Below, one piece after another: positions 27,755-37,227 of a stretch of 64,000 nucleotides of DNA (position 1 is its first letter; every line of letters starts with the position of its first letter). The stretch comes from Planctomycetota bacterium. GTDB lineage: Bacteria > Planctomycetota > UBA11346. The notes beneath the pieces were generated by a model, which was not told the DNA's origin, searched no databases, and saw only the letters and a list, made by a program, of their open reading frames with translations. The DNA is taken from positions 2,384-66,383 of the forward strand of contig JANPLC010000111.1 of assembly GCA_031426335.1 (NCBI GenBank). Direction: 5' to 3'. The translations under genes and the position numbers were made by a program.

Positions 27755-30238
27755 ATGTCCCTGCGCATCAATCACAACATCTCGGCCATCAATGGCCATA
27801 ATATGATGTTACGTAATGACGCCGCGCTGTCGAAGTCGCTTGAGCGACTGTCCAGCGGCATGCGCATCAACCGTGCGGCGGATGACGCCGCCGGCCTGGT
27901 GATCAGCGAGCAAATGCGCGCGCAGATCGCCGGCCTGGGACAAGCGATCGACAACAGCGAAACCGCGGTGTCCTTCGTGCAGACCACGGAAGGTGCACTC
28001 GACGAAATCAACTCACTGCTGATCAAGGCGCGCGAACTCGCCCTGCACGCGGGCAACACCGGCGTCAACGACGAGAGCCAGCTCTACGCCGACCAAACCG
28101 AACTCGACAACCTCATCGAGTCGATCACGCGCATCAGCACCAACACCCAGTTCGGCACCAAACGCATCCTCGATGGTGGCCTGAGTGGCGCGAGCAACTT
28201 CGGCACCGGTCTGGATCGCGTGCGCGTGGGCAACCTCGCCAACAATCCTGCGATCGACATCGGTCCGGTCACGCTCCAGATCAATCCCGGCGCCAGCGAG
28301 GCGATGACCCTGATCGGCTCCAACGCCACCGACAACTACGTCTTCAGCGGCGCCGTCACTGGCGTCACGCTGGGCACCAGCCGCGTGAACGCGGGCGTGT
28401 CGGTGACGCTGTCGATCGACGATCAAGTGGTCGCCTACGTGACGACTGGCTTGCAGGACGCCACCACCGTGGCGGCACGCCTCGATGCCTTGGCTCAGCC
28501 ACTGGGTTTCAGCGTCGCGGCCAATGCCAACGGTGAAATGGACGTGACGCGCCTCGCCGTCGGTTCGCAAGACTTCACGGCACGAGTGGCCTTTACCCGC
28601 GGGGCGATCCAGCAGGTGGCTGGCCAGAACGAAACCGTCACCGCCACGATCGAAGTGACGACGCCATCCACGGCGGCAGACGCTGCGGGCGCGATGTTCA
28701 GCGGTATTACCAGTCTTTCCGAGGTGCAGACCTCCACCACGGTCAGCAGTGGCACGACCTTCAGCTACGTGCTTCAGAGCGCTACTGGTGGGTCGTTCAG
28801 CGGTGCGGTGGTGGTGGCTTCGGGAACCGCCTTATCGTCGGTGCTCACCAGTCTTGAGGCCGCCATTCAAGCGCACACGACGTTCAGCGGTGCGGCGCTG
28901 ACCTACGACGGCAGCACCAGCAGCGACGGCCTGCGCTTCAGCCTGGCTCGTGGCTTCGACGACATCGCCACCGATTTCAACTTCTCGCTTACTGTCGACT
29001 ACCAGAACAACGCCGTCACCAATTCGCAGGTCAACGTCGTCGACATCGCGGCAGCAACCTTCGCCACCGGTAGCGACGCGACGTTCCTGACCGGTGCCGG
29101 CGGTACGGAAGTCCAAGGTGCGGCCATGGTCGGCACCACCTACCTGCAGAGCGGCAACGCGATCAACCTGACCATCGGCGGCAACACCCTGGTCTTCACC
29201 GGTGCTCGCGACCTCGACACCATCGCCAGTGCGATGCAGACGCAGTTCAACGCCCTGGGCGGAGACTTCGCCAACGTACGCGTGGCCTTCGCTACCGGTG
29301 CCGTGGACCTGAGCGGCTTTGCCGGCATGGCCAACCAGACTGGCGCCACCGCCGGTGGGTTCCGCGGTTTTGTGGTCTTCACCACTGACGGTTCGGACCT
29401 GGCGGTTTCGCTCGCGGTCGACCAGTCGCAGGGCACGGACGTCCTGCTGGGTGATGCCGAGCTGGCAGCTGGTGCGAATGCCGGCTCGACACTCGACTTG
29501 ACCACCACCGCGCAGGTGCGCGATGACAATCAGGTGGCCCAGGCAGCGCATGTGGCCTCGACCGTCGCGAGTGTCAGCGGCAACGTGGTGGTCACCAGCG
29601 GTGTTGATGTCACCGCGACGATGACCTCCAGCAATGGCGTGATCTTGGACCTGGTCAGCACCAGCAACCTGGTCAGCAGCGGCTCTACCCTGGTGCTCAC
29701 TCCGGCAATGGAGGCACTCGGCTACAACGGCTTCAGCGCTGACATCGACCAAACCCTCACCACGGCCGGTGGCGTGACGACCTTTGACCTCGACGAGGGC
29801 GCGGTGTTCCAGGTCGGCCCGAACGCCGGTCAACGCGTCGGGGTGGTGATCGACAGCGTCGCGGCCACCGAACTCGGTCGTAATGTGGAGGACGGCGGGC
29901 CGTTGCGCAGCCTCAACGATCTCCACACCGATCAGCAGGGTGCGTTGTTCAACGGCCTGACGGTCGAAGCGCTGGCGGTGATTGACTCGACCATCAACGA
30001 GGTCACCACCTTACGCGGCCTGCTCGGTGCGCTCCAATCCAACACGCTGGAAAGCGGCTTGAACAGCTTGCGTACCTCGTTCGAGAATCTGACCTCTGCC
30101 GAATCGACCATCCGCGATGTCGACTTCGCTGAGGAGTCCTCGAACTTCACGCGCAACCAGATCCTGGTGCAATCCGCCACCGCGATGTTGGCCCAGGCCA
30201 ACCAGTTGCCGCAGAACGTGCTCAAGCTCCTGCAGTAA
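27755..30238 (+). CDS. fliC: flagellin, second giant paralogue (~827 aa) with a divergent central domain
   Basis: N-terminus MSLRINHNISAINGHNMMLRND...RAADDAAGLVISEQMRAQIAGL. C-terminus LRGLLGALQSNTLESGLNSLRTSFENLTSAESTIRDVDFAEESSNFTRNQILVQSATAMLAQANQLPQNVLKLLQ. The central ~550 aa differs from the first copy but shares short motifs (NLANNPAI, GAVFQVG). Confidence 0.9.
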   Translation: MSLRINHNISAINGHNMMLRNDAALSKSLERLSSGMRINRAADDAAGLVISEQMRAQIAGLGQAIDNSETAVSFVQTTEGALDEINSLLIKARELALHAGNTGVNDESQLYADQTELDNLIESITRISTNTQFGTKRILDGGLSGASNFGTGLDRVRVGNLANNPAIDIGPVTLQINPGASEAMTLIGSNATDNYVFSGAVTGVTLGTSRVNAGVSVTLSIDDQVVAYVTTGLQDATTVAARLDALAQPLGFSVAANANGEMDVTRLAVGSQDFTARVAFTRGAIQQVAGQNETVTATIEVTTPSTAADAAGAMFSGITSLSEVQTSTTVSSGTTFSYVLQSATGGSFSGAVVVASGTALSSVLTSLEAAIQAHTTFSGAALTYDGSTSSDGLRFSLARGFDDIATDFNFSLTVDYQNNAVTNSQVNVVDIAAATFATGSDATFLTGAGGTEVQGAAMVGTTYLQSGNAINLTIGGNTLVFTGARDLDTIASAMQTQFNALGGDFANVRVAFATGAVDLSGFAGMANQTGATAGGFRGFVVFTTDGSDLAVSLAVDQSQGTDVLLGDAELAAGANAGSTLDLTTTAQVRDDNQVAQAAHVASTVASVSGNVVVTSGVDVTATMTSSNGVILDLVSTSNLVSSGSTLVLTPAMEALGYNGFSADIDQTLTTAGGVTTFDLDEGAVFQVGPNAGQRVGVVIDSVAATELGRNVEDGGPLRSLNDLHTDQQGALFNGLTVEALAVIDSTINEVTTLRGLLGALQSNTLESGLNSLRTSFENLTSAESTIRDVDFAEESSNFTRNQILVQSATAMLAQANQLPQNVLKLLQ

Positions 30239-30312
30239 TGCCTGGGTGACTCGTCCTGGGATGCGCCGGGAATCCGGGGTATCCTCCAGTCCTCGTCCTC
30301 GGAGCCATCCTC

Positions 30313-32187
30313 ATGACATCTGTGCAGACCCCGCTTGCGGGCGGAGTACCCGCCCTGTCCAGTAACGGCAGAACTGCGAATCAAGGGTCGCGCGCCATGA
30401 ACGACATGCCGTCCGCACAACGGTATCAGCAAGCCCGGGTCATGTTGCAGCAACAGGCCCCGGTGATCGCCCAGGCACTACCGGAACAGTGGCCAGCGAG
30501 CGTCCCCACGTTGCCTCAGCGACCCACACTCGACGCGGCCCGGTTGGCCACCAGTACGCTCAACGAAGGCCTGTTGCTCATCGGTCTTGGCGACGGCTCA
30601 ATCCTGCAATTCCTGCGCGGCGATGCGAACGGCCGCTCCAAGCTGGTGCATGTCCTGGTGCTCATGCCGGAGATCCCGCATTTCGCCCACCTGCTCGGGA
30701 TCGTCGATCTGCCGCTGCTGTTCAAGGAATTGCACCTGAGCCTGCACCTGGTGTTGAACGCCAACGAACTGGGCTCGGTCATCAGCCGGGCCTTCACCAA
30801 CCACGGCCAGATCGCCCGTCTGGCGGGGACCCGCACGGTCGACACCCATGCGTTGGCGCCCAACGCCGAGCGCATGCGCGACGAGATTCACCCAGCGATC
30901 GGCAAGTTGCTGCTGGAGCGGTACGACTGCCTGGGCAACGACGTCTACGACACTTTTCTGGGGGCCAAACACGCGCTGATGCATGGTCGCAAGATCATCA
31001 CCCAGCCGCGTTCGAGCGACTACGCCTACCGCTATGCCGGCAAGTCCGCCCTGTGTATCGCCAGTGGTCCGAGCGTCAGCGCGCACTACGAGCGCATCCG
31101 TGAGATCCAACACGAACACGTGATCATCTGTGCCGACTCCATCCTTGGCGGTCTGTTGAAAAACGGCATTGAGCCGGACTTCGTCTGCATGGTCGAACGT
31201 CCAGATGTCATGCACGCTTTGATCGACGGACACGCCGAACAATGCCGCACGGTGATTTTCGCTTTGCCAGTGGTGCATCCCACCAGCGTCATTCCGTTCG
31301 GCGAACGGGTGGCCTGGTTCTGGAACGCCGACGATCTCTATCCCTGGCTCGACGCGAACGAGCCACGTTTGTCGAGCGGACGTTCGGCCGGCACCATCAC
31401 CGCGTCGGTCGCGGGCCTGCTGGGGATCAAGGAGGCTTGGCTGCTCGGCCATGATCTGGCCTACCGCAACGACGGACAGAGCCATGGCGTGGGCACCGCA
31501 CCGTTGGCAGTGGAATCGCAAGCCGAATGGGCGAAGGACCTCTCGCGCACCTCTGCTAATTACCACAAACGTCTGATCGACACGCCGAAGAACGGCGGAG
31601 GCTACCTCCAGACCACCGGCGTGTGGGAAATCTTCCGCTCGGACATCGAAGGCATCATCCAGTCGTATCAGGGCCGCACGACCTTCATCAACGTCAATGC
31701 TGCGGATGAGGTCGGCGCGGTCATCAAGGGCACCACGGCCGGCGGCTTGCCGTTGGCGACGGGCGTAGCGCTGGAGAAATCCCATCCCCAACGTGCCTGG
31801 AATGAAACGCAGTGGGAAACCTACCGCTCGCGTGGCCGGCAACTGCTCGCCGACTTCGCTACCGTCCAGGAGCGGTTCAAGGAATACGATCTGGAGTTAG
31901 CGACCTGGCGGCCGTTGTCACATGATCGCGAAGCGGTCGAGTCGATGGGCAAGAAGATCGACCTTGGCACCATCGTCAGCCCGGAAAATGCCGCGTGGTT
32001 CACCTACGTCTTCCGCGCAGCGTTGCGCAACCTGATGGTCAAACTGCACCACAACACCTTCGTGCGCACCATGGCGGAACGGAACTGGAACCAGGTGCAG
32101 ATCATGCGTCTCTACCTGCACTCCGTGCCCAGCCTTATCGAGCGCCTGCGTCCCGAATTGGAACTGGCGCTCAAGGAGTTCACATGA
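30313..32187 (+). CDS. motility-associated factor (Maf, DUF115/MptE-like) family protein, putative flagellin nonulosonic-acid glycosyltransferase
   Basis: 624 aa. Central region YRYAGKSALCIASGPSVSAHYERIREIQHEHVIICADSILGGLLKNGIEPDFVCMVER resembles the DUF115 core of Maf proteins. Position immediately downstream of the flagellin genes. Start is uncertain (30313 or 30397). Confidence 0.6.
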   Translation: MTSVQTPLAGGVPALSSNGRTANQGSRAMNDMPSAQRYQQARVMLQQQAPVIAQALPEQWPASVPTLPQRPTLDAARLATSTLNEGLLLIGLGDGSILQFLRGDANGRSKLVHVLVLMPEIPHFAHLLGIVDLPLLFKELHLSLHLVLNANELGSVISRAFTNHGQIARLAGTRTVDTHALAPNAERMRDEIHPAIGKLLLERYDCLGNDVYDTFLGAKHALMHGRKIITQPRSSDYAYRYAGKSALCIASGPSVSAHYERIREIQHEHVIICADSILGGLLKNGIEPDFVCMVERPDVMHALIDGHAEQCRTVIFALPVVHPTSVIPFGERVAWFWNADDLYPWLDANEPRLSSGRSAGTITASVAGLLGIKEAWLLGHDLAYRNDGQSHGVGTAPLAVESQAEWAKDLSRTSANYHKRLIDTPKNGGGYLQTTGVWEIFRSDIEGIIQSYQGRTTFINVNAADEVGAVIKGTTAGGLPLATGVALEKSHPQRAWNETQWETYRSRGRQLLADFATVQERFKEYDLELATWRPLSHDREAVESMGKKIDLGTIVSPENAAWFTYVFRAALRNLMVKLHHNTFVRTMAERNWNQVQIMRLYLHSVPSLIERLRPELELALKEFT

Positions 32188-33314
32188 GCGACGAAGCCCT
32201 GGATCGCTTCCGCGCCTTCCTTGCCACGCGAAGCACGACGGGCGCCACCGAGCGCGACCTGCTGCTCCATGAGATGGGCGCGACCATCAATCGTCATCGA
32301 CTGACCGGACGCGAAGAAGGCATGCATGCCTTCAACACCACGCAACTGTGCGAGTTGGTGCTCGGTCAACGAGCGTGGTCGAGAGATCAACCGTTCGTCA
32401 CTGGCTTGATGCTCAGCGCCCTGGTTGATGGCGAATTCGAGATCTACGACAAAGCCAAGAGCGAAGGACTATTGCCGACGACCTGGACTTGGAGCGCTTG
32501 GGCGGAGGGCTTCGCTGGCGAGGAGGGTGATCTGCGGCGTCTTATGGGTTCCATCCCGGCGGTACGGGAACGTTGTGGTGCCGCGTGCTTGGCAGTACGC
32601 GGGAATCCAGCGGTGGTGGGCAGCGCGCTGCTGGGCGACTTCTGCAACGTTCACATGGCCAAGGTCTACCATCGACTGCTGCGCGTCGGCCTCGCCGGGC
32701 CCAGGGGTTCGGAGATTGCTGATCATGAACTCAGCCGTCTGGCAGGCTGCCTGGAAGTATTGTTCGCCGAGGACACTGACGCGACACTCGCTGCGTTGGT
32801 GCAGTCCAGCAGCATCGATCATCCGGAGATCCTCGTCGCGGCCTTCAAAGATGCCGCCGGCGACCTGACCCGTACCGCCATTGCCCAGCGTCACCTGGAG
32901 CGGAACCGTCCGCTCGAAGCGCTTTCCCTGGTGCAAGACCTGCGCTTCCTCTCTCCAGCTTACGACCAAGCGATCCTCATCGCCGCACTCGCGGCACTTG
33001 AATGCGGCAAGTTTGAAAAGGCCGAGTTCTATAGCCGCAGCATCGCGAACGAGGATACCCGCCTCAAGATCGTCACGCGCATTGCCCAGGGCAATGGCGA
33101 TACCGGGGTCGAACTGGATGCGCTGACCCGTCTCTATGAGCGCAGTCCGCAGGATGCCCAGATCTTCGTGATGCTGATCAACGTGCTGCGACGCATCGGA
33201 CAGACCGCGTTGGCGTTCGCACTATGTGCCGAGGCGCAGGAACGTTTTCACAACGACCCCATGATTGCCCGCATCATTCGTCCGATCCTGGCGCAGGGCC
33301 CCGGGGGCACCTGA
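32184..33314 (+). CDS. hypothetical protein with TPR-like C-terminal helices, translationally coupled to maf
   Basis: ATGA overlap at 32184-32187 with the maf stop. 377 aa. I recognise no family. Confidence 0.5.
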   Translation: MSDEALDRFRAFLATRSTTGATERDLLLHEMGATINRHRLTGREEGMHAFNTTQLCELVLGQRAWSRDQPFVTGLMLSALVDGEFEIYDKAKSEGLLPTTWTWSAWAEGFAGEEGDLRRLMGSIPAVRERCGAACLAVRGNPAVVGSALLGDFCNVHMAKVYHRLLRVGLAGPRGSEIADHELSRLAGCLEVLFAEDTDATLAALVQSSSIDHPEILVAAFKDAAGDLTRTAIAQRHLERNRPLEALSLVQDLRFLSPAYDQAILIAALAALECGKFEKAEFYSRSIANEDTRLKIVTRIAQGNGDTGVELDALTRLYERSPQDAQIFVMLINVLRRIGQTALAFALCAEAQERFHNDPMIARIIRPILAQGPGGT

Positions 33315-33326
33315 GCCAACGCGGAT

Positions 33327-34373
33327 TCAGTGCGCTGATTGGTGCGCGCTGGCGTATTCTTCGGGCAGTCCGATGTCGCTCCAGGGTTCCTGCATGTGGT
33401 AGGCGCCGACGCGCTTGCCACTCTGCAAGCAGCCGTTGAGCAGCTCAGTGATGGGATACATACGCCCCTTGGGGATGAGCGGGATCAACTCGGGATTCAG
33501 CACGTAGATGCCGGCGTTGATGCGGTAATTGAGCTTTGGTTTCTCGACCAACTTGACGATGCGCGACTCTTTCACCTCGGCCACGCCGAAGGGGACCTGC
33601 ACCGCGTGTTCACGCAGGCCCATGGTCGCGGCGTACTCCCCACTGCGATGGAAGGCCAACAGCCGCCCGACATGGATGCGGGTCAATAGGTCGCCGTTCA
33701 TCACCAGCAGCGGATGAGTTGGGACCTCCGGCACCAAGGAGATCGGACCTCCCGTGCCGAGCGGAGTATCTTCGCGCTCATGCAGGTAATCGATGCGGCA
33801 CTGGAAGTCCGAGCCATCGCCGAAATGGTCCTGGATCATGCGTGCGAGGTAGTTCACCGAGATGAAGATGCGGCGCACGCCGTGGCCCACCAGCAGTCGT
33901 ACGATATGTTCAAGGATCGGCCGATCGCCGATCGGCAGCATGGGTTTGGGAATGCCCTTGGTCAGTTCGCCCAGGCGTTCGCCTTTGCCGCCGGCCATGA
34001 CCACTGCCCACGAATCGCAGCGCGAGCCCATCAGCGCCATTTTCAGCGTGTGCAGATCGCGCAGGACCCCTTTGTCATCGACCACCGGCAAACAGGCGAA
34101 ACCGTTGGCGACCATGAACTGCAACGCATCGGTGCGCGACAGGTCCGGACTGACGGTGGTGAATTTCGGGTTGGCAATGGCGCTGATGCGTTCAGACAGT
34201 GGAACACCGCGCAGGATTGCCCGGCGGATGTCGCCATCGGTGGCCATCGCGATCAGCTTCTGCCCAGGACCGCAGACCATCGCCACTGACAGACCGGAAG
34301 AATCGATCACCCGCATGGCGTCCAGGATAGAGGCCTCTGGCGCGACGATGAGGTCATGGAGATCAGTGGCCAT
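33327..34373 (-). CDS. tandem-CBS-domain sugar-phosphate nucleotidyltransferase (PtmE-like)
   Basis: Two N-terminal CBS domains, then the nucleotidyltransferase signature VVMAGGKGERLGELTKGIPKPMLPIG. This architecture is known from nonulosonate (legionaminic acid) precursor pathways. Confidence 0.75.
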   Translation of the reverse strand: MATDLHDLIVAPEASILDAMRVIDSSGLSVAMVCGPGQKLIAMATDGDIRRAILRGVPLSERISAIANPKFTTVSPDLSRTDALQFMVANGFACLPVVDDKGVLRDLHTLKMALMGSRCDSWAVVMAGGKGERLGELTKGIPKPMLPIGDRPILEHIVRLLVGHGVRRIFISVNYLARMIQDHFGDGSDFQCRIDYLHEREDTPLGTGGPISLVPEVPTHPLLVMNGDLLTRIHVGRLLAFHRSGEYAATMGLREHAVQVPFGVAEVKESRIVKLVEKPKLNYRINAGIYVLNPELIPLIPKGRMYPITELLNGCLQSGKRVGAYHMQEPWSDIGLPEEYASAHQSAH

Positions 34374-34376
34374 GGC

Positions 34377-35072
34377 TCAGGCTCCCGGCTTGCGACAGAC
34401 CACTACCCACAACTCGATCAGGTGCAGTTGATTGCCCATGGTGTAGGAATTACGCTCGATGGAGTGGTCGGTGAAACCGGCGTAGACGCGGTCCACATCA
34501 GCGTGGCTGAGAAAGTGGATGTAGCCCACGTTGCCCAGCGGCCCTTCAGAAATGTTGCGCATCGAGCCCGGATCCTCGCCCGGCTGCCCCAGACCGTACC
34601 CCCAGGTACGCTCGGTGAAGTTCAGCGAGATGAACATCCCACCGGGCTTCAGCACTCGTTTCACTTCGGCCGCACAGGAGAGCATCGAACGCATGGGATT
34701 CGCGCAGAGCGAAGCGTTGTCGAGCACCGCGTCAAAGCTCGCATCGTCCCACGGTAAGCGCTGGGTGAAGTCGCCGACCTGGAGATCGGCGGTGAGGTTC
34801 TCGCTGGTCAGACGCGCGCGGTTCTGCGCGATACCACTCGGCGAGCCGTCGATGGCCGCGACGCTGAAACCTTCGCGGGCGAGGAACCAGGTGTTGGCGC
34901 CAGGTCCACTGCCAAGATCGAGCACGCGCACCGCTTTGCGGTCGGGCACGCGGCTGAACTTGCGCATGATCTCACGAATCACCGGCTCGGGCGGATACTT
35001 GCCCCAGGCGCGGGAGGCGAAGATCGCCTCCCAGGTGGGATCCCAACTGGCGCTCGCGTTCGTGGTGTTCAT
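34377..35072 (-). CDS. class I SAM-dependent methyltransferase
   Basis: Motif I VLDLGSGPGANTWFLAREG and motif II/post-I region. Embedded in the sugar operon. Confidence 0.7.
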   Translation of the reverse strand: MNTTNASASWDPTWEAIFASRAWGKYPPEPVIREIMRKFSRVPDRKAVRVLDLGSGPGANTWFLAREGFSVAAIDGSPSGIAQNRARLTSENLTADLQVGDFTQRLPWDDASFDAVLDNASLCANPMRSMLSCAAEVKRVLKPGGMFISLNFTERTWGYGLGQPGEDPGSMRNISEGPLGNVGYIHFLSHADVDRVYAGFTDHSIERNSYTMGNQLHLIELWVVVCRKPGA

Positions 35073-36127
35073 GTGCGGTTCTCCATGGCGATGGGTTGGC
35101 GGTAGGCCTGGAACCAGGCTGGCGTGCGGCCACTGCGGCTGCGCCAGTCGTTGATCAGGCGTTCATGTCGTGCGGCATCACATATCAGACCCGCAACGCG
35201 AAAATGTGAGCGGCCGCGACCGATGCGGCGTTTGAACTGCAGCAGGCTGTCATCGTCTGCGACGCTCATGCCGCCACCGAGGTGGATGCCGGCCAGGCCT
35301 CGCGTGGCGGCATGATCGGCCATCGCCTCGAACAGCAGATTGCCGGCAGCATTGTGCACGTCGCCCTGACGAGCGCTAAGGTGGTAATGGCCATACCGCG
35401 GCCCACACATCAGCAGTGCCTGTGCCACCGCCACGCCGCCAGCATCGATCACCGACACCAGCGCGAGGTCGTCGCCCAATCCGGCCGCGAGTCTGGTGTA
35501 GTAAGTGTCGTTGAAGCGGTACGCCGATCCGGCGGACAAGCGCTCCATGGTCTGATCGTAGAGCGCGCGGAAGGACCGCAGCACTTCGCTGGTTGGTGCG
35601 ATGCTGATCGTCGAGTTGAAACCCAAGCGGCGGGCGCGGTTCACCTGCGAGCGATGATTAGCGCAGTCGCCACCAGCAAACGCCTGCGTTCGTCCATCGG
35701 TGAGCGGGATCCAGGCGGTAGGATGGGGTGCGCCGATCAGGAGATGAGCTAAGGCCGCATAGTCGGCGAACGGATTCAACCGCAGGAAGAGGTTGACGAT
35801 GCCGCGCGCTGCGAGCGTGTCGGCAAGGAGCGGCCAGCATGTGGCGACTTCACCACGCGTCAGCAGGCCGGGATAACCATAGGGGCTCTCAGCATCGTAA
35901 CCCTCGCCCTCGGGCAGTCGCCGTGGCAGCAAGGGGACCGCCATTTCTCCGGCGGGGGTGCGCACGTGCACCAACAGGGCGTCATCACCTGCCGCCGCGT
36001 GAACGTAGCCATGCTGCGCGTACACATCCACGCCGTCGAAGCTGCTGAGGACGCCATTCCAGCGTTCGCTGCCCGCCGAGATCGTGGTGATCTCCACCTG
36101 GCTCACGTCTTCACCAAGAGGTTCCAC
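35069..36127 (-). CDS. FemAB-like / GNAT-fold acyltransferase domain protein
   Basis: 352 aa. Its stop overlaps the methyltransferase start (35069-35072). Weak resemblance to Acetyltransf_6/FemAB-type N-acyltransferases. It may substitute for the N-acetyltransferase step of the pathway. The 5' end overlaps neuC by 25 nt, so the true start may be internal. Confidence 0.45.
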   Translation of the reverse strand: MEPLGEDVSQVEITTISAGSERWNGVLSSFDGVDVYAQHGYVHAAAGDDALLVHVRTPAGEMAVPLLPRRLPEGEGYDAESPYGYPGLLTRGEVATCWPLLADTLAARGIVNLFLRLNPFADYAALAHLLIGAPHPTAWIPLTDGRTQAFAGGDCANHRSQVNRARRLGFNSTISIAPTSEVLRSFRALYDQTMERLSAGSAYRFNDTYYTRLAAGLGDDLALVSVIDAGGVAVAQALLMCGPRYGHYHLSARQGDVHNAAGNLLFEAMADHAATRGLAGIHLGGGMSVADDDSLLQFKRRIGRGRSHFRVAGLICDAARHERLINDWRSRSGRTPAWFQAYRQPIAMENRT

Positions 36128-37227
36128 GCGGGATCGCGCGAGCGCAGGTTGGCCGCCAGATGGTCGAGGATGCGCGGGATCGCATGGCCGTCGCCATACG
36201 GATTATCGAATTGTCGCCCCGCATGCCGAAGAGCGTGTGCCTGCGTGATGGCGTTGCGCAACGAGTCGACCGTCGGCGTACGGCAATCGATCACGCTCGT
36301 GCCCATCTTCCGGCCAAGTTGACGGGTCCCGAGGTTCACGGTGGGTGTGCCGAGGCTCGGTGCCTCGATCAATCCGGCGCTCGAATTGCCGATCATCACG
36401 CCACAGAATGCAATCAGGCTGCGGAAGGCGCGACTGCCCAGCGACGCGAGCAGATGGCAGCGCGGCAGGCGACGGGCGAGCTCCGACCAGCAAGCGTGAA
36501 TGCGCTCGCTGCCCGGATCGCCGTTGGGACTGGAGAAAAAGAGGTGACCTGGCCACTGCGCAGCAACGGCGGCGATGGCCCCGAGGATGGTTTCCAGCTC
36601 GGCCGGATCGCGCGTGATCGGATGCACGGCGACACACAGATCGCCAACTCCTGGCTTCGCACCGGTCAGTTGTTCCAACTCGCCAGCAGACAACCGTGGT
36701 TCGGTCAGGAGCGTGTCGATGCCGGGATCGCCGGTGGCCAGCACGCGCCGGGGTTCTTCCTTCAGGTCGTCGACCAGTCGGTTGCCGGCACCTTCATGCG
36801 TCGGGTAGTGGAGATGAGCGAGGCGCGTCACCGCGTCACGGACTACATCATCAATCGCACCCTGGGTTTTTTCACCACCCGAGCAGTGCGCCAACGCCAA
36901 GTTCGCTACGGTGGCCACGTGAGCGACCTCCAGCAGTTCGTGGCGATCACCGATCACCAGCACGGCCTCGATGGCATGCTCTTCCAGCAGCGCGAGCAAA
37001 GCTCGCTGATGCACGTGTCCGACCGAGCTGTCGGAGGCCGGCAGTCGTCGACTGTCGAGTCCGAGGAGTTCGTCAGCGTTCGGTGTTCCGGCAGGAAGGT
37101 GCTGGCCGGTGATGACCGTGACGCAGGCGAAGCGAGCATCCGCCTGGGCCGCACGCGCGAGTGGCGCGACGAAGCCAAAATCGCTGCGCGAGGTGCTGAC
37201 CATGACGATGCGGATGGGCTCGCTCAT
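36103..37227 (-). CDS. neuC: UDP-N-acetylglucosamine 2-epimerase (hydrolysing), NeuC/LegG-like
   Basis: 374 aa. N-terminus IRIVMVSTSRSDFG and the GT-B epimerase fold motifs. The 4-nt overlap with the upstream neuA-neuB fusion gene suggests translational coupling. Confidence 0.75.
   Translation of the reverse strand: MSEPIRIVMVSTSRSDFGFVAPLARAAQADARFACVTVITGQHLPAGTPNADELLGLDSRRLPASDSSVGHVHQRALLALLEEHAIEAVLVIGDRHELLEVAHVATVANLALAHCSGGEKTQGAIDDVVRDAVTRLAHLHYPTHEGAGNRLVDDLKEEPRRVLATGDPGIDTLLTEPRLSAGELEQLTGAKPGVGDLCVAVHPITRDPAELETILGAIAAVAAQWPGHLFFSSPNGDPGSERIHACWSELARRLPRCHLLASLGSRAFRSLIAFCGVMIGNSSAGLIEAPSLGTPTVNLGTRQLGRKMGTSVIDCRTPTVDSLRNAITQAHALRHAGRQFDNPYGDGHAIPRILDHLAANLRSRDPAWNLLVKT

Noticed and set aside
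25445-30453. Many antisense ORFs (e.g. 26514..27302, 28832..29926, 28013..28570) inside the two flagellin genes
   Set aside because: Flagellin N/C-terminal consensus fixes the coding strand. The antisense frames stay open only because of the G/T/S/A-rich repetitive core.
30598-31842. 414-aa minus-strand ORF antisense to the maf gene
   Set aside because: No motifs, out of context, overlapping a better-supported ORF.
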